The position numbers were made by a program, and so were the translations under genes. Below are positions 17,577-25,245 of a stretch of 64,000 bases of DNA, in pieces. Numbering within the stretch: position 1 is the stretch's first letter; every line of letters begins with the position of its first letter. The notes beneath the pieces were generated by a model, which searched no databases, was not told where the DNA came from, and saw only the letters and a program-made list of their open reading frames with translations. The stretch is from contig CACXTQ010000004.1 of NCBI GenBank assembly GCA_902770595.1, positions 3,445-67,444 of the forward strand. The letters run 5' to 3'. The stretch comes from an uncultured Bacteroidales bacterium (GTDB lineage Bacteria > Bacteroidota > Bacteroidia > Bacteroidales > UBA3663).

Positions 17577-17754
17577 TTAAGGGATTCTAAGGGATTTTAA
17601 GGGAATCTAAGGGATTTTAAGGGACGTATGTTTCTTGGGTCCCAATCTCTACAGGCTAAGGTATCGTCCCTTAATATCCCTTAATATCCCTTAATATCCC
17701 TAATATCCCCTAATATCCCCTAATATCCCCAAAAAGAGATATCCCTTATTATCC
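17577..17754. repeat. Word-repeat hairpin: a (TAAGGGATT)n arm faces (CCCTTAATAT)3 (CCCTAATATC)3 arms, between convergent genes
   Basis: Read directly. The left arm has 4-5 tandem TAAGGGA words and the right arm has 6+ tandem TCCCTTA/TCCCCTA words, so the arms are partly complementary. Confidence 0.8.
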
Positions 17755-17791
17755 ATCAAGTTGAGCAAATGCGAAACTTGAGTCAATTATT

Positions 17792-18262
17792 TTATTCTTC
17801 GACATCACAGCCGGTGAAGCCTATGGTTTCAGCGGCTTTTTCTTTCGAGGCACAGAAATAGACAAGGGTGGAGCGGGTGCAGACTTCACTAGAGGAATCA
17901 AGGATCTCCGTCTCGATGAAAGCGACATTACGCATCTGACGAACGATATGACCACGGATAGTAAGCACGGGCTCGTTGGTCGAGATAGGCTTGAGATACT
18001 GCACCTCCATCTTGCTGGTGACACCGGTGGTTTGCAGTTTGCGTGTGACAACCCAACCGCCCACTTCGTCCATCAGCATAGCTTGCACCCCGCCGTGCAG
18101 GGTGTCGAGCCAACCTTGAAAGTCACGATCGGGATGCCATTGGGTGACGATATCGTCGCCATCCTCCCAGAAGTCAAGATGGAGACCACGTGGATTACCT
18201 GGGCTACAACAGATGCAGTTGTAGCCTTTGATGCCAAGCCAGGGGTTGATGATCTTTTTCAA
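17792..18262 (-). CDS. PaaI-family (hotdog fold) thioesterase, TTG start
   Basis: 156 aa; LHGGVQAMLMDEVGG is the hotdog thioesterase core motif. The only start giving a full-length protein is a TTG at 18262-18260. Confidence 0.7.
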   Translation of the reverse strand: MKKIINPWLGIKGYNCICCSPGNPRGLHLDFWEDGDDIVTQWHPDRDFQGWLDTLHGGVQAMLMDEVGGWVVTRKLQTTGVTSKMEVQYLKPISTNEPVLTIRGHIVRQMRNVAFIETEILDSSSEVCTRSTLVYFCASKEKAAETIGFTGCDVEE

Positions 18263-18321
18263 TTAACAATTAACAATTAACAATGGTCAATTAACAATAA
18301 ATAATTAACAATTAACAATTG
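18260..18321 (-). repeat. (AATTGTT)n leader array immediately 5' of the thioesterase start (coding-strand reading)
   Basis: The reverse complement reads AATTGTTAATTGTTAATTATTTATTGTTAATTGACCATTGTTAATTGTTAATTGTTAATTG. The last TTG is the start codon. Confidence 0.85.
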
Positions 18322-18341
18322 TGGTGGGTTACGGAGGATAA

Positions 18342-20402
18342 TTATTTTTCGATACGGATTCTGGCATCGACGGCGACAACTTCCTTCTCGTCGGCGATGA
18401 GCGGGTTGATGTCCATTTCCTTAATCTCAGTAGCGAAACGCAGGAGGGTGGAGAGACGCACAATGATCTCCATATACTTGTGTTCATTGATTCCCTTCTG
18501 CCCTCGCGTTCCCTTGATGATCTTATACCCACGAAGGCTGTGGATCATCGATTCGGCTTCGGACACCGACAAGGGAGCCAAACCGCTGGAGACATCCTTG
18601 AGTACTTCGACAAAAATGCCTCCCAAACCACAAAGCACAACGTGACCGAAACGCGGTTCATACTTTGCACCAATGAAGAGCTCGGTACCACGCAGCATCT
18701 TCTGCACCATCACGCCCTTGGCACCTTCGATCTTCATCTTGTGGTCAAACTCCCAGGCAAGATGTTCGGCATCGCGGATATTGAGCGTCACGCCACCCAC
18801 ATCACTCTTGTGAATGGGACCAACAACCTTGGCAACAACAGGATATCCAATTCGGTCGGCGAAGGCCAGCAGTTCTTCCTTTTGCTCCGAAACCATTTCG
18901 GGCACCATCGGAATGCCGGCACAACTGAAAATCTGTCGCACCAGATCGGGCGAGATGTAGCCGCTCTCCTTCAGGCCGCTCATGATGTCGCGAATCTTCG
19001 GCACATCAACGCCGAAGAGCGTTATCTCGGCAGGCGCTGGCTTGGGGGTGTTCATCACGCGGACGAGACAGTTGGCCACGGTTACTTCGTCGGAGAAGTT
19101 GACGTGTCCCTTGGCTAAGAACTCGGCCACCTCGGGACCAGCCGTATTCATCGAAGGTAGGATGGGGAAGATGGGCTTGCGACACTCGAGAATCTTCTTG
19201 TGAAGCACGTCATAGGCCTCATAGAGTTGCACAAGTCCTGGCGAGCCGAAGATGACAAAGATGGCATCAATCTCATCGAAACGCTTCTCGCAATAGTCGA
19301 TAGCGATACCCAACTGTTCGGGGGTTCCCGTGGCAAGGATGTCGATGGGATTGCTCACGGCAGCGCCCTGGAAGAGTTTCGTCTTCAGTTCCTCGGTAGC
19401 AGGACCCGTGAGATGGGGCACCTGTAAGCCGCCCTTTGAAAGCGCATCGGTCAGCATCACACCAGGGCCGCCGGCATGGGTGACGATGGCGAAGTTCCTT
19501 CCGCCCAAGGCGGGAAGAGTGAAGATACAGCCAACGGTGGTCAGTTCCTCTCGTGAGAAACATCGGACGATGCCAGCTTTGCGGAAGAGCGCCTCGACAG
19601 CTGAATCGCTGCTGGCGATAGCGCCTGTGTGGGAACTGGCAGCACGCGAACCACTCTCGCTGCTGCCTGCCTTGATGGCAGCGATGCGACAACCCTTGCG
19701 AATCAACGAACCAGCATGATAGAGCAGTTTATCAGGATCGGAAATGTTCTCGATATAGAGCAGTTTGATGTGCGAGTCACGCTCAGGATCGAAGTTCTCG
19801 TCCATATACTGCAATGCATCCTCGATACCAATCTGCTTGCCGTTGCCAATGCTCCAGACGGAATTGAAAGGCAAGCCCTTGATGACTGCCGATTCGAGGA
19901 TGAACACCGCCGTGGCTCCACTGCCCGAGATAAAGTCCGCGCCCTTGGCATTGAGCTGGGGAATAGGCTTGGTAAACACACCGTGATACCATGCGTTCAT
20001 CATACCGATGCAGTTCGGTCCGATGAGCGCACAACCATACTTCTCGCATGTGTCGAGGATGTGTTGTTCACGCTTAGCTCCTTCAGCAGTCTCTTCGCCG
20101 AAACCTGCCGAAATGATGATGAAGGCGCGCACCTGCTTTTCGGCAGCAAGGTAATCGACATAGTCGGGACAATACTTGGCAGCCACCACTAGGATAGCCA
20201 ACTCAGTGGGCGGTATCTCCTTGGCATCGTGGAAAGCCTTGATGCCCTGAATCTCGTCCTCCTTGGGATTGACAATACGGAGCGTGCCCTGGTAACCTCC
20301 TTGAATAAGATTGCGGACGATGGCGCCTCCTGGCTTATGCACGTTGTTCGAGCCGCCTATCACTACTATGCTCTCGGGATGTAAAAGCTGTCGGTTGATC
20401 AT
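18342..20402 (-). CDS. ADP-forming acetate--CoA ligase family protein (CoA-binding + succinyl-CoA-ligase-like + ATP-grasp)
   Basis: MINRQLLHPESIVVIGGSNN...GPNCIGMMN, with an ATP-grasp-like C-terminus. I prefer the ATG at 20402 over the TTG at 20411 in the ORF track. Confidence 0.8.
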   Translation of the reverse strand: MINRQLLHPESIVVIGGSNNVHKPGGAIVRNLIQGGYQGTLRIVNPKEDEIQGIKAFHDAKEIPPTELAILVVAAKYCPDYVDYLAAEKQVRAFIIISAGFGEETAEGAKREQHILDTCEKYGCALIGPNCIGMMNAWYHGVFTKPIPQLNAKGADFISGSGATAVFILESAVIKGLPFNSVWSIGNGKQIGIEDALQYMDENFDPERDSHIKLLYIENISDPDKLLYHAGSLIRKGCRIAAIKAGSSESGSRAASSHTGAIASSDSAVEALFRKAGIVRCFSREELTTVGCIFTLPALGGRNFAIVTHAGGPGVMLTDALSKGGLQVPHLTGPATEELKTKLFQGAAVSNPIDILATGTPEQLGIAIDYCEKRFDEIDAIFVIFGSPGLVQLYEAYDVLHKKILECRKPIFPILPSMNTAGPEVAEFLAKGHVNFSDEVTVANCLVRVMNTPKPAPAEITLFGVDVPKIRDIMSGLKESGYISPDLVRQIFSCAGIPMVPEMVSEQKEELLAFADRIGYPVVAKVVGPIHKSDVGGVTLNIRDAEHLAWEFDHKMKIEGAKGVMVQKMLRGTELFIGAKYEPRFGHVVLCGLGGIFVEVLKDVSSGLAPLSVSEAESMIHSLRGYKIIKGTRGQKGINEHKYMEIIVRLSTLLRFATEIKEMDINPLIADEKEVVAVDARIRIEK

Positions 20403-20409
20403 GATAGTC

Positions 20410-20469
20410 AATTAACAATTAATAATTAACAATTAACAATTAATTATTTACAAATAATGATTAACAATT
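20410..20469 (-). repeat. (AATTGTT)n leader array 5' of the acetate--CoA ligase start
   Basis: The reverse complement of 20410-20441 is AATTGTTAATTGTTAATTATTAATTGTTAATT, identical to 38756-38787. It lies between the -7 box (20475-20482) and the ATG. Confidence 0.85.
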
Positions 20470-20474
20470 TTGTG

Positions 20475-20482
20475 CAAAGATA
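20475..20482 (-). promoter_or_regulatory. -7 promoter box (TATCTTTG on minus strand)
   Basis: TAnnTTTG match 72 nt upstream of the ATG at 20402. Confidence 0.5.
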
Positions 20483-20565
20483 AAAGAAATCGGGGAAGAA
20501 TCCAAAAAAAAGGGAGACTTTTTTGGTTTTTCATTCCAAAAATTGGAAGAATGCAGAATAATACG

Positions 20566-20573
20566 TATTTTTG
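20566..20573 (+). promoter_or_regulatory. -7 promoter box (TATTTTTG)
   Basis: TAnnTTTG match 35 nt upstream of the ATG at 20609. Confidence 0.5.
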
Positions 20574-20608
20574 CAACGTGCTTTTCGATGTTACAATAAT
20601 AAAAAAGA

Positions 20609-21589
20609 ATGAATCAGAAACTGACGGTAGAGGTGACGGAATTCGACAACCTCCGCAACGAATACATGCAATACGAAGCAGCAGGTGAAGACTACATCAA
20701 CATGCTCGATGCCCGACTCATGTCGGAGTACCGAAGCTATGTGGAAGAGGACCCTGTGGCTGCAGAAGATTACCTGGCAGCAGGAAAGGCGCTCATCCGT
20801 GAACTTTCCGATTGGGCAGCGTCGGAGCGCCATCAGGCCGACACCGACTTTGTTGCCAACGCGCTGCACAAGCTGGAAGAAGAAGTCCAACGACAACACT
20901 TCACTCCACAACCCGACGACCGTGCATGGGTTTATCTGGCAGGCGAACACAACGTCTGCCTGCATTACGGCAACGACACCGACAACGTGCGACTGGTCTA
21001 TACACGTGACGGTGTCGAGGAATGCATCAAGGAGTCGGTGCGACTACTGCGCACAAAACGTGAAGCGAGGGAGGCAGAACTGCAACGCACGCTTCAGCAG
21101 ATGCGGGATGCCCTGCAACAATCGCAGCACAACACTCGGAAGCTGGACCGAAGCCGTCTGCTGCGCAGTTTCCATTGCCCGATGATTGCCTACAAGGTCG
21201 CCTTCCTCGAAGGAATAATCAAGGATGTGGCAACGAAGAAAACGGAAGAAATCGAGGCAAAGCAGCACAACGACAACAAACATAATAAGCCACAGGATAA
21301 ACGAGGGAAAGGTTTCGATCCGGAGTTGAACCAATGCTACAGACAATTTGTCGAAGACCTGGCAGAAGTGACTGCTCCACTCGTTATGGCTGGCGATGGC
21401 AAGACTGTGCTGTTCCGCTTTGCCCTGTCCATCCCAAAGAAGGGAGAAATCTCAGTGAGTTGGGATGCGTTCAACTGCCGAAATTATCTTTATGGCCACA
21501 CCTTTGCAGTGCAGCAGGATTATCTGGACGCCCTGCGTTCGTGGTGGGCCACCAGCTGCATGATGGAGATGAAACGATTGAAAATATAA
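20609..21589 (+). CDS. Hypothetical cytoplasmic protein (326 aa), no family recognised
   Basis: A long ORF with normal composition and its own promoter box. It has no signal peptide or TM segment and no motif I recognise. Confidence 0.55.
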   Translation: MNQKLTVEVTEFDNLRNEYMQYEAAGEDYINMLDARLMSEYRSYVEEDPVAAEDYLAAGKALIRELSDWAASERHQADTDFVANALHKLEEEVQRQHFTPQPDDRAWVYLAGEHNVCLHYGNDTDNVRLVYTRDGVEECIKESVRLLRTKREAREAELQRTLQQMRDALQQSQHNTRKLDRSRLLRSFHCPMIAYKVAFLEGIIKDVATKKTEEIEAKQHNDNKHNKPQDKRGKGFDPELNQCYRQFVEDLAEVTAPLVMAGDGKTVLFRFALSIPKKGEISVSWDAFNCRNYLYGHTFAVQQDYLDALRSWWATSCMMEMKRLKI

Positions 21590-21601
21590 TATTGCAGAAT
21601 C

Positions 21602-22630
21602 CTATTCTTTTTTCCAAACCAGATAACTGATATTTTTCGCCTTGGCAAATTTGGATTCTCCCCATTCGTGAAGTTTGCTGTTGATGTCACGAAGGAATCC
21701 AAGGGCATACTGACTGCCCACGAGATAAACGGCGTTGTCGATATTCAGATCCTGCAGAGCTTGGGCGAAATCGTGGAAGGATTCAGGAGTCAATGATTCT
21801 GCCACAAAGAAGTTGCTTCCGCGCTGACAAATTGCGCGACGCACAGCCTTTCCCTTGGGCTGATTTTCGATCATGACACCATCGGCCACAAGCGGATACT
21901 GGCGGAAGAAATCGCCTCCTTCCTGAATAGCCGCTTCGAACAACGGACTATGATCAGTTACTCCTATTCTCATTTTTCCTTGTATAATCGATACATATCC
22001 TTTCTTTGCCAATCCTTTTCCAACAACCTCTCCATTATATACACAAGCGCCCACTATCTCTCCATTATCCTTTCGAATATCCGCAGCCTGAAGGGCCAAG
22101 ACGATATTTGCATCATTAGGATCAATCTTTCCGACTACGAATTTTGGCACCGCGTCCATCGGAATCATCAATTTCAATTCTATTCCATTTATTTCAACCA
22201 TCTTTTCCTGACAATGTGGGACTGCCGATGTCGACGACGTAACCGGAATGTCATCAAGAATCATCGTGTTGGCGGCACTAACTTCCGACTCGAATTGTCC
22301 TTCGGGCACTTCGGGATCGAACATTGCATTTTCCAATTCCTCTACCCCATTCATACGAGCTTCAACAGGCGGTTGACTCATACTACCTTTGAAGATGTAG
22401 AAGAGCACATTGGCAACGATGACAAACAGCACAAACAAGATGAGCAACTTGCGTATGCTCCATCCGTCTTTGGGTTTATTGTATCGTCCCTCTTCCCTAT
22501 CGAAACTCTTTTTCTCGGGCACGGAATCATCTTTTGAACTCTCTGCCGACGGATTAACTGGCACAGTGTTCTTGTCGAAGGTTTCGTCCTTACCGATGAT
22601 ACGAATTTCAGAATCTTTTATGTCTTCCAT
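21602..22630 (-). CDS. Single-pass membrane protein with a large extracytoplasmic domain (possibly DUF2233/phosphodiester-glycosidase-like)
   Basis: An acidic/lysine-rich ~60-aa N-terminus, then a TM segment LLILFVLFVIVANVLFYIF, then a ~260-aa C-terminal domain. It starts 18 nt after the LytTR gene. The family assignment is tentative. Confidence 0.6.
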   Translation of the reverse strand: MEDIKDSEIRIIGKDETFDKNTVPVNPSAESSKDDSVPEKKSFDREEGRYNKPKDGWSIRKLLILFVLFVIVANVLFYIFKGSMSQPPVEARMNGVEELENAMFDPEVPEGQFESEVSAANTMILDDIPVTSSTSAVPHCQEKMVEINGIELKLMIPMDAVPKFVVGKIDPNDANIVLALQAADIRKDNGEIVGACVYNGEVVGKGLAKKGYVSIIQGKMRIGVTDHSPLFEAAIQEGGDFFRQYPLVADGVMIENQPKGKAVRRAICQRGSNFFVAESLTPESFHDFAQALQDLNIDNAVYLVGSQYALGFLRDINSKLHEWGESKFAKAKNISYLVWKKE

Positions 22631-22648
22631 TGTTCCGACAAAAATACA

Positions 22649-23014
22649 TTATTTGATAACACCATTGTCGTATGCATTTTTCAACGCCGTGAGGGCATCC
22701 TTCGAAGCAGTGATTGGGTATCTCACACCACAACCATTGCTTAGAATGAGTTGGCCCTTGGACGGAATGATGACATAGACATAGTCAAGATTGATAATCA
22801 AGCTGCGGCCCACACGCAGGAACCGGTTGTCTTCCTTATTAAGCTGTTCGCGCATGATTTCTTCAAGTTGTCCCAACTGGCATACCAGCACCTGTTCGTC
22901 ATCATCGGCCATCTTGAAACGGGAATAGTTCCCCTCGGCAGCAATATAGACGATGCTGTCGATCGGGAACCTGTAGAGGCCAATGGTGTTGGAGATTGTT
23001 AGATGCGGGGTCAT
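22649..23014 (-). CDS. Stand-alone LytTR-family DNA-binding protein (no receiver domain)
   Basis: 121 aa; IVYIAAEGNYSRF...FLRVGRSLIINLDYV is the LytTR signature pattern. Confidence 0.8.
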   Translation of the reverse strand: MTPHLTISNTIGLYRFPIDSIVYIAAEGNYSRFKMADDDEQVLVCQLGQLEEIMREQLNKEDNRFLRVGRSLIINLDYVYVIIPSKGQLILSNGCGVRYPITASKDALTALKNAYDNGVIK

Positions 23015-23055
23015 CCTTGAATTGTTTCCAATAAAACGCTTTTAATTATTTGCTG

Positions 23056-23063
23056 CAAAGATA
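23056..23063 (-). promoter_or_regulatory. -7 promoter box (TATCTTTG on minus strand)
   Basis: TAnnTTTG match 41 nt upstream of the LytTR ATG. Confidence 0.5.
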
Positions 23064-23151
23064 AGGGTATTTTTTGTATTCTCCAAACCAAAAATCATCA
23101 ACCAAGTCCGCCGGCACCCCAATTTTGTTTAATTTAACACTTTTGATGGTG

Positions 23152-23159
23152 CAAAGATA
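23152..23159 (-). promoter_or_regulatory. Second, distal -7 promoter box (TATCTTTG on minus strand)
   Basis: TAnnTTTG match. The direct-repeat site at 23197-23228 lies 38 bp upstream of it in the minus-strand sense. Confidence 0.4.
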
Positions 23160-23196
23160 GGGCTTATCAAACATATTTCCAAGAAAAATGGGACAA

Positions 23197-23228
23197 ATTG
23201 TACGAAACCCATATCCTATTGTACGAAA
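23197..23228. promoter_or_regulatory. Candidate operator: ATTGTACGAAA direct repeat, two copies 21 bp apart
   Basis: attgtacgaaa occurs at 23197-23207 and 23218-23228. The same GTACGAAA-N13-GTACGAAA arrangement occurs at 55432-55460. Confidence 0.5.
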
Positions 23229-23461
23229 TGTCTCGTGTCACTTTTACGCATTATGAATAATTCGTCGATTAATCCAAAGAAATGGGATATATGACGAATT
23301 ATCACACATTTATTTGAAAGTTTACTTATATTTGCATATATCTATGTAAAAATGACGCAATAAACAAGGGTGTAAGATAGCAAAATTGAAGATTTATGGG
23401 GAAAAGAAACATTTTTTTGAAAAAAGTTACGATATAGTTTGGAGGATGAAGATATTTTTCC

Positions 23462-23469
23462 TATCTTTG
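23462..23469 (+). promoter_or_regulatory. -7 promoter box (TATCTTTG)
   Basis: TAnnTTTG match 27 nt upstream of the ATG at 23497. Confidence 0.55.
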
Positions 23470-23496
23470 CAGTGCAATTCGACAAACTTTAGCGAT

Positions 23497-24300
23497 ATGA
23501 AGAGAGAGTATTTTGAAATCATGAACACGGAAGAGGAGAAATTGACTCGTTCGAAAATGTTGGAACTTTTGACGAAGCGTTACGGAATTCCGGAATTCGA
23601 CGCCAAAGACATTCTGCAAGACGCCTGGCTTGTCCTTCTGGAAAAGCTGATGGTTGGAACACTTTCCGAGAAGCCGAAGAATCTGCTGGCTTACATGACG
23701 AGCATTTGCATCAACAAAGCTCACGAGTACCTCCGCAAGCGGACGTACGAGAACCTGGAGACTTCGCTCGACGACGAAAGTATCCTGCCCGAAAGGCTTG
23801 ACTTGATTCAAAAGGAGATTCAATCGTGGATTGACTTCATCGAAGAGAGCGAAAAGGCACAGCAACGCAAGATGGAAGCCATCGAACAAGCCATCCGAAC
23901 GCTCAACCCTCGTCAACGAGCCTTGCTCGAAGGGTACTACTACGACAAAAGAACGATGAGGGAGCTGGCACAACAACTGGGCTACAGCAACGAGGACGTA
24001 GCCAAGAGCACCAAGAACCGAATCATCAAAACGATTCGCGAAACAATCAAAAAGCAGGAGAGAGCCAATCAAAGCAGGCTCTCCCCTGCTGCCTTTTTAA
24101 AGGTCATAGTTCGTGATGCCCAGGATCTGCCAGAAGTCGGCAGGAAGGGTCACATTCTCGAGCATAATGCAGTCGCGGAACAGCGGGGCAATCGTCGAAG
24201 GTGTATAGCCAGCAATGCCACAACCGATACGCGTCACGAGGAAGCGCATTTCGGGATGTTCGGCAGCGAACTTCGCAAACCGCTCCACAGCGCCAGTTAA
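23497..24300 (+). CDS. Sigma-70 family (ECF-like) RNA polymerase sigma factor with an unusual C-terminal read-on
   Basis: Region-2-like DILQDAWLVLLEKL and region-4-like LNPRQRALLEGYYYDKRTMRELAQQLGYSNEDVAKSTKNRI. The first in-frame stop is at 24300, 204 bp inside the convergent gene. Confidence 0.65.
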   Translation: MKREYFEIMNTEEEKLTRSKMLELLTKRYGIPEFDAKDILQDAWLVLLEKLMVGTLSEKPKNLLAYMTSICINKAHEYLRKRTYENLETSLDDESILPERLDLIQKEIQSWIDFIEESEKAQQRKMEAIEQAIRTLNPRQRALLEGYYYDKRTMRELAQQLGYSNEDVAKSTKNRIIKTIRETIKKQERANQSRLSPAAFLKVIVRDAQDLPEVGRKGHILEHNAVAEQRGNRRRCIASNATTDTRHEEAHFGMFGSELRKPLHSAS

Positions 24301-25170
24301 GCTCGCTATGCCTTCCATCGTCGGGATGGCATAGCTCTGGCCCTGCAGACCTTCTCCCTGTCCCCAGATGGCGCCGAAATGATGCATTGCCGCTGCAGCC
24401 GCACCACCTGCGTGATATCCTCGGATGTTGCTGCCGAAGACAAAGATCTCACCGGCATTAAGTGTACAGATGTTGTCGGGAGTCACCCTTGGACCATAGT
24501 ATTCGCGTGCAAACTGACGCTTTTGCTCCCTCATCTCCATTGCTGAAAGTGATGCCTCGTGACCATACATATCGTTCATCTTACGATAATAGGCTCTCTT
24601 CGAAGAACGCTCACGAAGCCAAGTGTTATGCGTACCACGTTCATCGTGAGCGAATTCCACCACATTGTCGATAGCCAGCAAGTCGGTCACTTCCTTCACG
24701 TCGTGTGCCGAACCCATGTAGGAGAATGTCCAGCCTTCGACCTTCAGCTTTTCGATCAGACTGCGAAGGGCTGAGGCAGTCCATTCACTGGATGAATTCT
24801 CCAAACCATCGGTCAGTATTGTTACCACGGCAGCTGCATCGGGATCATCCTTGATGCGGTCGTGCAGGCGTGTCAGCGACTGGCCCATCGCATCGTAGAG
24901 AGGCGTGCCTCCACAAGGCATGTAGTCAGTGAACTCCTTGACCTCTGCGATAGGCTTGTTGTCGATCATCGTTCGTACATAGGGCGTGTTACCCGTGTCG
25001 AAAGTGACGAGCGTCAGCGTATGATCCTGCGTCTCCTTAAATTCCTCCTGCGCACTGCGGATGGTTCCAATCGTTTCGTTGATTCCCGAAAGGGTTGCTT
25101 CCCTCAGGTGTCCCATTGATCCACTCTCATCAACGATAATCAAGTTGTAAATATGTGCTTTTTTCTCCAT
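24097..25170 (-). CDS. vWA (MIDAS) domain fused to a C-terminal macro-like / A1S_2505-like domain
   Basis: N-terminal VDESGSM...GGTPLYDA...ILTDGLEN (MIDAS DxSxS/T/D). C-terminal FVFGSNIRGYHAGGAAAAA...GQSYAIPT...VTRIGCGIAGY, which I recognise from phage non-structural A1S_2505-like proteins and which mimics macro-domain motifs. Confidence 0.65.
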   Translation of the reverse strand: MEKKAHIYNLIIVDESGSMGHLREATLSGINETIGTIRSAQEEFKETQDHTLTLVTFDTGNTPYVRTMIDNKPIAEVKEFTDYMPCGGTPLYDAMGQSLTRLHDRIKDDPDAAAVVTILTDGLENSSSEWTASALRSLIEKLKVEGWTFSYMGSAHDVKEVTDLLAIDNVVEFAHDERGTHNTWLRERSSKRAYYRKMNDMYGHEASLSAMEMREQKRQFAREYYGPRVTPDNICTLNAGEIFVFGSNIRGYHAGGAAAAAMHHFGAIWGQGEGLQGQSYAIPTMEGIASLTGAVERFAKFAAEHPEMRFLVTRIGCGIAGYTPSTIAPLFRDCIMLENVTLPADFWQILGITNYDL

Positions 25171-25245
25171 AACAATTGTTTTTTAAGTTTGACTGTTAAT
25201 AATATATTTAAAAGGTGTATTATTCAAATAAGACAGCTTCTCCAA

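Noticed and set aside
18260-20469. The two TTAACAA/AATTGTT arrays flanking the acetate--CoA ligase gene as ends of an IS or MITE
   Set aside because: The arrays are direct repeats, not inverted ones. There is no transposase or target-site duplication. The same element occurs singly in front of porN and the djlA-like gene, so a leader or UTR role fits better.
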